From: Botryllus schlosseri
Taxonomy: Eukaryota
Length of the DNA: 64,000 bases
Reading direction: 5' to 3'
Assembly (NCBI GenBank): GCA_051294905.1
Contig: CM119371.1
Location: forward strand, 32,118,001 to 32,182,000
The notes below the pieces were generated by a model, which was not told where the DNA came from, ran no database searches, and was given only the letters and a program-made list of their open reading frames with translations. Position 1 is the first letter of the stretch. Every line of letters begins with the position of its first letter. Positions 39,632 through 53,700 of the stretch are shown piece after piece. The translations under genes were made by a program, and so were the position numbers.

Positions 39632-42344
39632 GCTTCCAACCTACTGTACGTTACAGGCCTATGATTGCTTCCTGTTTGGCACGATATGCTGTAGCGTAGG
39701 TAGACGGATTAAGCATTGGCAGGTTCAAATATTCACACCAAACAGACATACCGTACAGCTACAGCCTTGTATGTAGCACAGCCTGAAGTGAGGCCACGAC
39801 TACACATTGTGATGAAGCTGACAGGCAGCAGCGTCTGGCAACAACACTGTACCGTGCAATACATATCGCGAAGTCAGCACTAAGGGAACATGAGATCTGA
39901 GACGCTATAGACATCCGCCTCTGTCTATGCATAGACTAGACTAGACAATAGTTTTGTGTCTGAGTTCGGACTTGTACCGGTACATTATGTACAAACAACT
40001 GATTTTCAAAGTGCGCAACTAGAAGTAGAACCACTCAATATTAAAAACTCGCAACTAGAAATAGAACTAGAACGGACGACTTGGTAAGATCCGCATTAAC
40101 TAAGTAAAACACAACTATACCTAGATTCAACCCTGAAGCAACTAATTCGAATTACTGCTACTGCATGAATAGTAAATTGCTAAGAAATTTCGGATCTGGC
40201 ATTTCAAAAGGCCGAGTCTTCGAGTTAGAATAGGGAATCCACCCCTTGCTACGTCTCTGTTAGTAGCGACTCAACAACGGCTGCAAGAACATCACACAAC
40301 AGAACACCGGTATCACGATTCACGGCAAACGACGACACGTATTTTGTAGTTGTTCGGCAACTAAATGTTTTGAGCGCGCAACTAGAACTACTCTCTTTTC
40401 AAAATTCGCAACTAGAACTAGAAATATTATAAAAAGATAGTTAGTTGACCCCCCACTGACTAGATTGGCAGTTTGTACAAGTCTGGTAGAGTCGTATCTT
40501 ATTCACAGGAACGGCGGATAAACATTGAACAACGCATTTCCGATTACCTCATTCACAATAAGTGATGGTTTATGACGTCACTCGTTAGATTGAGTCTGGT
40601 AGCGTGTACTTCAATATTAACCATCCCAGACGTTATAAGTATAGGCCTACTCGCCAGAGCTTCGCAGAATATGTTTTGAAATGAAGACGTTGACAACATA
40701 TTCACTAAAACTTGATGCATGTACATTTGTACAACATCAGTATGTATGCCAAAATACTACCAGGCTAAATAGCTCCTACCCGGCGAGTAATATGATAAGC
40801 GGATGGAGCTTGTGGAATAATACACCTGAGGCACAGCCAGTTTATTTATAGAAAATGCTCGATCGTGACCTATGCACTAGATAGCACGTTCGGTACGTAC
40901 AAAGGGCGCGTTTGCATTTCCCCGCCAGCGCAAACCGTTGTTATCAACCTCTGCAGTGGCAGATCTATATATTACCTTACGCAGTCACCCACTTCATAGA
41001 AAATCATGCTCTCCGCACAAGTTACAGTAAATATAGGTACGCATGTTATAGGCCATACTGAAAGTTTGATGTCGGCAAATTATACTATTATTGTTATTAT
41101 GCATAAAATGATCTCGTGTTAATTTAGGAATCAAACGCTTTTTGCATCACGACAAATATGCAATCTTTATCTACCTAGCTAGCAATCTAGCATATTCTAT
41201 GATCATGTAATATAACCGCACCGAACTGAATTTCTCGAAGTTGACTGCCGTATATGCTGTCTACAATTGTACATTTAAGAGCCACTCAATGACACTCAAT
41301 AGAGCATGATATTGTCGGCAATGAATCAAGAGTACCCGCCTAATTTTGTCTCTTAGTCTTAGCACACCTACAATATACTATTACTCATTGGAACTCGATA
41401 TACTATGCGCGCGCAAAATTATTCTTAGCAGAACACACTTTTGCGTGTGCTGCTGTAAATACGACCCAGCCATTAAAATGATTACTTTCCAGACAAAAGA
41501 GATAGCCTACTTCGTAACCCTGTTCCGTATTGCCAAAGGCGATAGTTAAATATAAGATAGCCCGTATCGTGCTGGCCCGATAAGCAATTTCATACAGTGA
41601 CGTGAGATGACGTAAAATGAGCTGTCTGAAGACTCTGATTGGTAATTCTGGTAATTCCAACCGCGGTGCATCTAAACCAGGGATATCCCTGATCTAAACA
41701 CACAACCGACTTCCGCTGTTAATTTCTATACCAGCTACTATCGCGTCTGCGGGGCATGAGCATTGAGCAACTGTTTTTGTTTTAGTAATCACGATTAGAG
41801 CCAGACCTGTATCTTATTTTTGGGTCGATAATGATAAAAACCGATAACTAAAACCCACCTCTTCATGTAAGCTCTAAAAAGTAGATCGATATTTCCAGTC
41901 GAAGAGCACAGTTTTCTGACTCATTATTGCCGTGTTGTGACGTCACGTAAATTGATAATACCAACATTTATATATTGTATGATGCGATAACGATCAATCG
42001 AGGTTTACAGCCATCCTAATGAAAAATAGTATCGTGTTGATAAATTTACTCTTAGTGTCATGGAGCGTATAATTTTAGTACTTGAAATATCGTATGTCGC
42101 TTCTCGACTTCATCATTAGAATTACTACTCGATTCAGATTCGATTACTCGAACCATTGTGCCAGTCCGAAATATTACAGGCGCATGGATAACAGAGTAAA
42201 TCCCGATTGAAATACGGCCAATTCCATTGCTATCACCTGTGATTCAACTTTGTCCGTACCTAACCCACTCATGGATGAGCTATATCGTTTCGATTCTGAA
42301 CCCCCCATAACCTTATTCATAATATCAGTTTCGCATGCTAGCAT

Positions 42345-42911
42345 CAGGGTTGAAACAAGTCTATTCAAGACTTGTCTCGACTCGAGTCACGATTTTATGA
42401 TGACTCGACTTGACTCGAGTCATTTTCTGAAATTACACAATCTGTGTATTGACTCGACTTGGACTCGAGTCATTCGGCATGACTCGAAACAAATCATATG
42501 ACTCGAGACTCAGACGGTCAAGACCGACATTTCATTGCAGTTTTTGAAGAATAGTTAAGTAACCACAACATCGCGATTTCGTCTATTGGTACTGGTACTT
42601 AAAATTCGACCAGAAACTGCTAAAAGTGAAGAAAATTAGTATGTTATAAATGCGAACCATTCGATATCACCAAACAGAGTTATAAAAAGTGGGTTTAACA
42701 AGGCTTTAACTTAAAACTGAGCAGTCAACACAATGTCTTGGACTCGGACTCGAGTCATAATACCATGAATTGGACTCAACCCTCTGCTCGCTGACTTGGA
42801 ATCGGACTTGACTCGGTGGTGAATTGGAAATGACTCGACTAGACTCGAGTCAAAACTATAAAAGTGAGATTGACTTGTGACTCGGAGCCTTGTGACTTGG
42901 TTACAACCCTG
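42345..42911. mobile_element. hAT-type MITE
   Basis: CAGGGTTG...CAACCCTG; 8-bp TSD GCTAGCAT. Confidence 0.9.
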
Positions 42912-43415
42912 GCTAGCATTCAAACAATATCGCGTCAGCATCCGGATGAATATTTACTCGGAAGAGTGGCAACAATTCAATACAAAGCAAACTGAAATTC
43001 TACGCATATATCGCGTTCCGTTTTGGAAAAATCTTAAATCGGATCCAGAGCTAACAAACTTGAATCATCTTTCGAGTTGCCTGATTCTATATTCGAAAAT
43101 CTAATTCGATTTCGATTCGTATCCAACCGAATCCTCTGTCATTGCCTTTTATAACGAAAAATGCACTGATTCAATTTCCAAGTTTTCGCGAATTCAGTAA
43201 TCTAAAAGTGTGTAGCTATAATTCTAACCAAATCTAGAAGCTGAAAATTTCCTAGCAGTCCAAGCCTTCAGGGGATAATGTGACATGAATTCCGGGTGGG
43301 GATTGCGTCAGTGCAACTATGTCTGGTTACATATTAGCGATGGTACACACGCAATTGACTTACCTTTCTGAATCGTTAATAGCGGCTGTTATCGTTATTG
43401 CGAGGGGCAACGCCC

Positions 43416-46400
43416 GTAGTTAGTATGATCGCTCGCGAACGGCTATTGGTTCTTATGGGTGCACCCGACCGGTGCCGCGAAAACTCGTCCTGAACCGGTG
43501 ACCCTTTCAGACCCCCCTTCCACCCGACCGGTGCCTGGGTTGGTATAGGCATCTCTCGACCGGTAACCCTTTTCGGTATAGGGATCACTCGACCGGTGCC
43601 TCGAAACTCGTCTTGAACCGGTAACCCTTTTCGGTATAGGGATCACTCAACCGGTGCCTCGAAACTCATCTTGAACCGATGACCATTTTCGGTATAGGGA
43701 TCGCTCAACCGGTGTCGTAGTGGTGATTCGTACTTTCGGGTATATGCATCTCTCGCACGGTGTTGAATATGTATCAAGTAAATAGTCACGTGATTGGCTC
43801 TTAGTTAATGTGTATATCCCAAATTATTATATATGACCGATTCGAGTTAATCCTAACGTTTACGGCGAGTGCGACTTTAATATATCGTTATTCTTATGAT
43901 CGCGGTGACATGGTAACGTAGCTGATATAGACATGATAGCGTTACAGGTATAGGGATCGCTCACACGGTTCTACATGAAGACATCATAGTTTAGTCGTGA
44001 CAAATGACTGATCGTGTTCTAAGTCTTTCCTCGCTATTGATTGCTAGCTGAATAATACTTCAGATCGGATTATTCGCACCTTGTATACCACTGTTTCGCA
44101 CCTATAGAATAGTCTGCTGTTCACAGTCGCAACAAGAATCACAAGTATACACATTACACATTCGTTGAATTCATTACTGTGAAATCAAACTCTTCACAAA
44201 AGCACGCACAATCGTATCATTCACTTTTTTACCATCACCCAAAATAATTTAAGTATTCCTTGGCTGAAAATCCTTGAGTTCTTATTATCAAAAATGTTAT
44301 GGTGCGGTGTCGGAATCCATTCGCAGGATGTTCTAAAGGTAAATTCAGATAATCCACCCGCGATCGCTCACAAGATAATACCTAAGACATAACCATCGCT
44401 CGCGACTCGCTGTTACATACATGCCTATCGTTAGCAATGTAATATTTTGGTAATTGGTTTGCCACAGAGCCGGCGTAGATTCGAATATCAACAATAACCG
44501 CGCTCACATACCAACACTTCAAAAACGTGTGAAATAGGTTACAAATCCTACGATCGCTCACAAGATAACACCAAAGACATAGCCATTTCTCGCGTCTTGT
44601 CATTACATACACCCCAATCGCTATAGTGTAATATGTCGATGGTTGTTACTCTTAAGTAATAAGTAATGAATAACAGTACCAGCACAGACCGTGATTCGAA
44701 AACCAACAATTTGACACTTGCACGCGATCGCTATATGTTTTGACGCTTCGAAACAGTCGTTGACTTTGTGTGATAAGAATCATGCGAATATTCAAGCAAT
44801 GTATCAATTGAATGGAATGAAACTTACTACACAGCTCAAGTTGATTCGTATCTGAATGTGTTAATTCGGTACAATTCTAATTAATTTGAGAAATCTTTTC
44901 GTGATCTTTTGATTCGACCGTAATCTGAATATTACTGACACCGACTTTCAGTCACATTGAATTATTCACACATTCCACGCCGCTGTTTTAACAGTTATAG
45001 AATCAATACCAACTATCTCTAACCCGATAATATTCAATCATTTTGGTAATTTACCAACTTTAAATCCATTCGCCGATGTACTAAAGGTAAATCCAAATAA
45101 TCCAAAATAAAATATTTGGACTTTGACATAGTCTGAATTGAAATAGATTGACAAACATGACTACCAACTTTCCCGCAGTCCCATTTCGATATTATATGCA
45201 CATTGATTTGAAACAAGTAATGAAACATTGCAACTCTATTCGCGATCCCGCTTTCCGTTTGTCAAAGAGATATTTTAGCATCTTACCATACTCACAAGAA
45301 TTCTTCACAACATTAACAATTGTTAAAAATCTAGTTTTCACTTCCTTGATTATATCACTACAACTCACAAACTTGAATTAATTCATCCTGGCTGTATTCG
45401 TATGATCGGTCTTTTTTATTCGATTGTAAAGGTCGTTACTACTCTGAAGACAAAGTATTTACTAATCGGTACATATACGATTTGACTTGGACATATTATA
45501 TTTTGAGTATACGAGATTTGAATGTCCGAACAATAACTGAGAATTAATTTATCACAATTAAATCCGTATATTACAGCGTAAAAGATATTGGGGTGTCAGC
45601 AACTCTGTACGGTCGTAGTTACAACCACATTAACTAATCTACCCAGGCAACTCGTCATGATCATTCCTGAAATCAACACAAACACGACCACTGACTTGAG
45701 TTAACCACGAAACAGCATCAAGTTTTAAATCCGCTTGCAGCTGACGGATTATTCGAATGCATCGATGGAGAATATTATTGAACTCGTCGGTATTGTTACT
45801 TCAACAAATTACACCGACTGCGAAAGTTAATATCGAATGGTAAGACTTGATCACATATTTGTTGATCACAGACATGACAAAAAAAAAAACATTACCGAGA
45901 TTTTATAAACTAGTCATATTACTCTACACATCTATCAATATCAAAATGCGAGTCATCCAATTTTTCTACTAAAGTAACATTGCACTTTCGGATTCGGATT
46001 CGGTATAGTCATACAAATTGTATTAAATCCAACATCAAAACAAAAGGAATTTTTTTTAGTTTATTGAAATCAAATCATTCGTCTTCGACTTGTGCTTTTC
46101 TAGATTGCACGCAACAATTCGTTACGAATGAGCTGTAACCAAAGTTAAGAATTCTTTGTGTCCACAGATATAGAAGATGAATATAGCTAACACAATCACG
46201 AATCGACGTTTCAGAGTATTTCACGGATGTAATAAACTTGTTAGTGTCGCCTATCTAAAAGTATGCATGCGTTCGATTTCCATACCGACTGTTGCGATGT
46301 TTAGGATTCGCATACAATGACCAAGAGTGAGGATTTAACATCAATGTCGTTACTGGAGGTATTCACAACAGAGAATCGAAACATTACACAGTGTGAAAAT

Positions 46401-49400
46401 ATATCTTTGATATCAAAGCATTATCCCAAGTACACGATTAATACTCAACTCCGTTCACACTTTCTATAGAACGTGCTAAACGTAAAATTTTACGAGGTTG
46501 CACTCTAAGACTTTGATCATTACAAAAGTAAATTGAATATGTTTGCTCGACGCATTCAATTCAACTAGAAATGTCTAGTGCACAACAATCGTAATATTAA
46601 GGAAGTACTTGCTACACTGTAATTCACTAAACGTGTTTTGCATTGTTGTTCATTTGTAGCATTGATTGATATTGTTTTTTGAACCCTCAAATAATAATTC
46701 CCGACATGAAACCAAACCGCTGAAAGTCGTTACCAACACAAAGAAACACTTTGTACGATGTTTGCCAAATGTACCCTATGGTTAGGTGTACTAGAATTAT
46801 TTGTGTAACACATACACCGACAACGTAATCGAGAATTTTTCCGTTGTCATTCGCTAAAGTAAATGTCATCACAATACTCTGTCACTAAAGATCTTGTATC
46901 TGATTGAATCACCGATAATTAACTCGCTAAATCAAACCATAAGGAAATTTCACTCACTCATCAGATATGAAACAGCGTCGCTTAATCGGTGTAGATCGTT
47001 TTTCTAAATGCAAATCATACCTGACCAACAGAAAACAATTTTCACTCACCTTGTAATGAAACCAATAAACACAGTGGAGTGGTCGAGCTTTACATCATCA
47101 AGCTGTTATTTGTAAATCAAGATTTCGGTAAACTTGTAAATGTATCGTTTAACTAACCAACATTTAGTGATTGTTGAACATACCACTTCGAAATACTGCG
47201 TTGATCGTAATTTCCATCATCGTGATAATCGAAGTACATTTCTTTCGAATTCGTAACAACCGACTATGACATGATAAATTTTTGACAAGTTATGCTTAGA
47301 AGATTGGTTGCATATCGCGAAAAATAATATACCACTCATATTGATACTGTTACTCCATTGATCGATATTTTCAAACGAGTAAAATTTATTACTTGAGTTT
47401 CTCCGCTTAATGTAAATGCAAACTCAGCTGTCTTTCAACATCGCAAAGACATCGATACAAAGTATACAATCAAACGCAACAAGTTTTACTTTTGTAGGTT
47501 GTGTATGGTTATCCTGCATAACTCATTTCTTACCAAAGCCATATGAAATATATTCATGTTACACGAAAATATTCGCTCATGCTACAAACCTGTACAATGA
47601 TTGGTGGTGCTTTCAAACTGTTTCGATACCTCAAGAACTTTATTGTCTGAATGGTTGCTCATGTATCGTAATAATCAAGCAGTTCAACACAGAACTAGTA
47701 TTAACAGAAACACCAGAGTTGTTTACACATAAGTTAGTATGTGTACAGTATACGAATACCATGTGTAAGTCCAGCACAATTGTGGTATCCATACGAGTTT
47801 AGTTAACACAATTTACGACACCGAGGTCGCGTCATCTTTCGTAAGACAACAAACCAAGGCTTCAGGATATGTCCATGTCATAGCAATGAATCAGCTACTC
47901 CAACAACAGAGTGCATATGTTTTCTAGTTACGGTGCTTACATCTTACACACAAATCAATCTACTTTGCTAACGAAAAGGGGTGAGTCATCATATGGTTAT
48001 CCTCACTAGTAAAACATACTATCATACAAAATGGTCGTTATAGTTTGCACACCAACGGTACATCGTACAAGTAACAAGTCTCGAGAATCCAGTTATTCAA
48101 AAAACGTGAAAGTGTTTCTACGCCAAGTCGTTATGTTGACGAAAGCATATATTGTAATATCATGATCGATTTGCATTCGTTGGTCACAAACTGTCACTAC
48201 TCTAAATAATTCTTTTTCACTCAAAGCCTACTTGTCACCATTCGTTTTCATCAAGTACGAGCTCAAGAAACTTACTACGACATGAATTTTTATTTTTATG
48301 TTGTGTAAATAGGTATTAATTAATTCAAGTAACACTATATCAACATCATCGAGTTGCGCGAATAGATTTACATGTGGTCTTGTGGTTTTAATCGAAGTAT
48401 ACAGCACGGTCTAATGTAGAGTCATCTCTACTGTACAGCAACTCGGTAATCGAAATGCATTAAAATTTAAACAACGATCTTGTTTCGTCGCATCAAAAAT
48501 ATGTTTACTATCGCGATACTCTGCACAGGCCGTGTAAATCCTTTTCACACTCGTAATAGTATACCAACAGCTACCGGCGACAACGTTTAACAATACCAAC
48601 AACACTAAACATACGATACCTACCCAAGTAAAATTACCATTTTCACCTAGAGGTCGGTCGTTACCCGAGTAGAAATACCATTGTCCTTTGGAGATTTATC
48701 GTTTACCCAGTGTAACAAACCCCTTTTCCTTTGGAAATATATTTTTTCTCTGGTTAACAAACCTTTTTCACTTGGAAATATATTTTTCCCCGGGTAACAA
48801 ACCTTTTTCCCTGAGCAACAAACCATTTTCACTTGGTGGTCCGTCGTTTACCCGAGTAAAAATATCATTTTCTTTTGGAGATCCGGCGTTTACCCAGTGT
48901 AACAATACATTTTCACTTGGAAAAATACTTTTACCTAGAGTAACTAATCATTTTCTCCTGGGTAACAAACCCTTTTCGTCTGGAAACTATCATTTACCTG
49001 AGTACCAATACCGTTTTCACTTGGAAATCTATCTTTTCCCTGGGTAACAATACCATTTTCGTTTTGAAAACTGACAACCACACCGGTCAATTTGATATTT
49101 TTTGTATATTGTTACAACAGACAGCGACAAAATATACACCAACAACGACTCCGATACATTTGTCTAATCAAATATTCACTTGCTCTGATGCATCCCATCA
49201 AAATCATTGGTTACTCACATACAATAACAATGTGCTGTTGTACATCGACATGTATGTTTCGGAATTGGTGAATAAAGGGGTTTCCGATATGTCCGTGATG
49301 TCCGGGTTCGTGCTTTGGATTTTCCAGAGTCAAAATGTCTGAATAAAACACCTCCTCGACTTTGGTAACTGGTTGATACACGGATAATGGTGTTTGGAAA

Positions 49401-49799
49401 ACGGATGAATTTATGTTCCCCATCGCGCTGACAACATCGGGTTACTTGTGAGTTTCCTCAGGTCTGTTTACTATATTGTGTCTTTACTGGTCAATACATG
49501 TCGCTCCAGTCAGCTGCAACCGGATCACTAATATGAGAAAGTGTGTGGGCCTGATCCGGATATTCACTCATGAACCAACGACCAATATTCAAGTAAACAT
49601 GTTACAGACCGTGTTTTGTCTCCATGAAAAATACCAATGCATACACCATCACATCAAGTACGTCACGATTGTTCACAAGTATTCGCGTAAACGAGGTGTA
49701 CATACAATGTGTCGGTGTACAAACATCATGGAAAACACATTCATGTTCTCAAGTATCATCATGCGACGACTCTGTACATTCAATGTGGGCATAGATGAC
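43416..49799 (+). repeat. Left arm (6384 bp) of giant inverted repeat
   Basis: Mirror of 50786-57168 (coordinate sums 100584/100585). Confidence 0.97.
43468..43715 (+). repeat. Subterminal 58-bp tandem repeats rich in ACCGGT (mirror copy about 56869-57116)
   Basis: ACCGGTAACCCTTTTCGGTATAGGGATCACTCGACCGGTGCCTCGAAACTCGTCTTGA repeated with 58-bp period. Confidence 0.9.
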
Positions 49800-50785
49800 A
49801 CACGACATGATACAATGGACAGTGCATTATGCATACCGATATATTCTCAGTCAAATATGCGAACCATACACAACCATATACCCTGATTTTCGCTGAATAT
49901 CCACAACACCAACAAATCTGTACATTTCTTTTCCCTTGACCTCGACGATAGAGTTGTCATCCCAATGTACCAATCGAGTGTATGGTTCATCAGGTGTAAA
50001 ATCCAAATCAAATGTCACCAAGGTATCGTTTTTCATTTTCAATATTCCCACCGCTGCATCTTGTCTGTGTCGTAAAACCACGGTGTGGGGCCAGAGGAAT
50101 CTATGGAACGTTACGCGTAGTCCCATAATTACTCGTGGATATAGTCAGGTAACGACAACGTTTTCTCAGTGGTCTGCGTGGGTGCACCGTTTCAATACGT
50201 AGCTGGATCAACTAGACCAAAAGTTTCCAACCACGTTTTATAACGACATGTAGAATTACGAGACAGCACCCTCTTGCAGAGTGGTTAACACGAAATCAGT
50301 CTTCAACCCGCAGAGACACACCTTGGATTACATTATCTAATCGTATTCGAACTCGAGATTCACACACACACAGAGTCCCTGTTTACGATTTCAATCCGAA
50401 GTCAGTGCTCACGATGTTTATCTGTAGTCGTTATGTGGGAGTAGCGACGTCTGACATATTCATCGCGTGAAAGATTGATAACGATGGTGATCGCCAAATA
50501 CATTAAAGCAACCGAGGTGAAACACTGTAGCCTCAGCGAAAAAGTTCGCAGGTTAGGACGAACAATACGTGGGGGATTGAGTGAGTTACGCAACCCGATT
50601 TTACTATATGTCGAAGTCTGGATCACGATACAAGTCTACTTGAAAATCCAGACAATCTTGCAAAATCAAGGTGTGAACCCATGAAAGGGTTGTACTCGTG
50701 TGAGATTCATTTTTCACAAGTTGGGTTGAGGCGGTTCATACTAAGACCATGTTACGTCCAAATATGGCTGCTTGCCTGTCTCCAA

Positions 50786-53700
50786 GTCATCTATGCCCAC
50801 ATTGAATGTACAGAGTCGTCGCATGATGATACTTGAGAACATGAATGTGTTTTCCATGATGTTTGTACACCGACACATTGTATGTACACCTCGTTTACGC
50901 GAATACTTGTGAACAATCGTGACGTACTTGATGTGATGGTGTATGCATTGGTATTTTTCATGGAGACAAAACACGGTCTGTAACATGTTTACTTGAATAT
51001 TGGCCGTTGGTTCATGAGTGAATATCCGGATCAGGCCCACACACTTTCTCATATTAGTGATCCGGTTGCAGCTGACTGGAGCGACATGTATTGACCAGTA
51101 AAGACACAATATAGTAAACAGACCTGAGGAAACTCACAAGTAACCCGATGTTGTCAGCGCGATGGGGAACATAAATTCATCCGTTTTCCAAACACCATTA
51201 TCCGTGTATCAACCAGTTACCAAAGTCGAGGAGGTGTTTTATTCAGACATTTTGACTCTGGAAAATCCAAAGCACGAACCCGGACATCACGGACATATCG
51301 GAAACCCCTTTATTCACCAATTCCGAAACATACATGTCGATGTACAACAGCACATTGTTATTGTATGTGAGTAACCAATGATTTTGATGGGATGCATCAG
51401 AGCAAGTGAATATTTGATTAGACAAATGTATCGGAGTCGTTGTTGGTGTATATTTTGTCGCTGTCTGTTGTAACAATATACAAAAAATATCAAATTGACC
51501 GGTGTGGTTGTCAGTTTTCAAAACGAAAATGGTATTGTTACCCAGGGAAAAGATAGATTTCCAAGTGAAAACGGTATTGGTACTCAGGTAAATGATAGTT
51601 TCCAGACGAAAAGGGTTTGTTACCCAGGAGAAAATGATTAGTTACTCTAGGTAAAAGTATTTTTCCAAGTGAAAATGTATTGTTACACTGGGTAAACGCC
51701 GGATCTCCAAAAGAAAATGATATTTTTACTCGGGTAAACGACGGACCACCAAGTGAAAATGGTTTGTTGCTCAGGGAAAAAGGTTTGTTACCCGGGGAAA
51801 AATATATTTCCAAGTGAAAAAGGTTTGTTAACCAGAGAAAAAATATATTTCCAAAGGAAAAGGGGTTTGTTACACTGGGTAAACGATAAATCTCCAAAGG
51901 ACAATGGTATTTCTACTCGGGTAACGACCGACCTCTAGGTGAAAATGGTAATTTTACTTGGGTAGGTATCGTATGTTTAGTGTTGTTGGTATTGTTAAAC
52001 GTTGTCGCCGGTAGCTGTTGGTATACTATTACGAGTGTGAAAAGGATTTACACGGCCTGTGCAGAGTATCGCGATAGTAAACATATTTTTGATGCGACGA
52101 AACAAGATCGTTGTTTAAATTTTAATGCATTTCGATTACCGAGTTGCTGTACAGTAGAGATGACTCTACATTAGACCGTGCTGTATACTTCGATTAAAAC
52201 CACAAGACCACATGTAAATCTATTCGCGCAACTCGATGATGTTGATATAGTGTTACTTGAATTAATTAATACCTATTTACACAACATAAAAATAAAAATT
52301 CATGTCGTAGTAAGTTTCTTGAGCTCGTACTTGATGAAAACGAATGGTGACAAGTAGGCTTTGAGTGAAAAAGAATTATTTAGAGTAGTGACAGTTTGTG
52401 ACCAACGAATGCAAATCGATCATGATATTACAATATATGCTTTCGTCAACATAACGACTTGGCGTAGAAACACTTTCACGTTTTTTGAATAACTGGATTC
52501 TCGAGACTTGTTACTTGTACGATGTACCGTTGGTGTGCAAACTATAACGACCATTTTGTATGATAGTATGTTTTACTAGTGAGGATAACCATATGATGAC
52601 TCACCCCTTTTCGTTAGCAAAGTAGATTGATTTGTGTGTAAGATGTAAGCACCGTAACTAGAAAACATATGCACTCTGTTGTTGGAGTAGCTGATTCATT
52701 GCTATGACATGGACATATCCTGAAGCCTTGGTTTGTTGTCTTACGAAAGATGACGCGACCTCGGTGTCGTAAATTGTGTTAACTAAACTCGTATGGATAC
52801 CACAATTGTGCTGGACTTACACATGGTATTCGTATACTGTACACATACTAACTTATGTGTAAACAACTCTGGTGTTTCTGTTAATACTAGTTCTGTGTTG
52901 AACTACTTGATTATTACGATACATGAGCAACCATTCAGACAATAAAGTTCTTGAGGTATCGAAACAGTTTGAAAGCACCACCAATCATTGTACAGGTTTG
53001 TAGCATGAGCGAATATTTTCGTGTAACATGAATATATTTCATATGGCTTTGGTAAGAAATGAGTTATGCAGGATAACCATACACAACCTACAAAAGTAAA
53101 ACTTGTTGCGTTTGATTGTATACTTTGTATCGATGTCTTTGCGATGTTGAAAGACAGCTGAGTTTGCATTTACATTAAGCGGAGAAACTCAAGTAATAAA
53201 TTTTACTCGTTTGAAAATATCGATCAATGGAGTAACAGTATCAATATGAGTGGTATATTATTTTTCGCGATATGCAACCAATCTTCTAAGCATAACTTGT
53301 CAAAAATTTATCATGTCATAGTCGGTTGTTACGAATTCGAAAGAAATGTACTTCGATTATCACGATGATGGAAATTACGATCAACGCAGTATTTCGAAGT
53401 GGTATGTTCAACAATCACTAAATGTTGGTTAGTTAAACGATACATTTACAAGTTTACCGAAATCTTGATTTACAAATAACAGCTTGATGATGTAAAGCTC
53501 GACCACTCCACTGTGTTTATTGGTTTCATTACAAGGTGAGTGAAAATTGTTTTCTGTTGGTCAGGTATGATTTGCATTTAGAAAAACGATCTACACCGAT
53601 TAAGCGACGCTGTTTCATATCTGATGAGTGAGTGAAATTTCCTTATGGTTTGATTTAGCGAGTTAATTATCGGTGATTCAATCAGATACAAGATCTTTAG

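Noticed and set aside
43355..43415. Minus-strand GTAAGT donor suggesting the foldback interrupted a host exon
   Set aside because: Rejoining the flanks gives only a short frame with an upstream stop and no recognisable product.
43401..43424. Helitron 3' end (GGGCAACGCCC hairpin then GTAGTTAGT)
   Set aside because: No CTAG terminus, and GTAGTTAGT is the start of the inverted repeat mirrored at 57160-57168.
48640..49060. CRISPR-like array (also 43468-43715, 23460-23770)
   Set aside because: Degenerate tandem units without unique spacers, eukaryotic context, no cas genes.
49400..50280. Alternative genetic code (TGA=Trp) in the foldback cargo
   Set aside because: TAA stops interrupt the same frame and frameshifts occur nearby; ordinary decay explains it.
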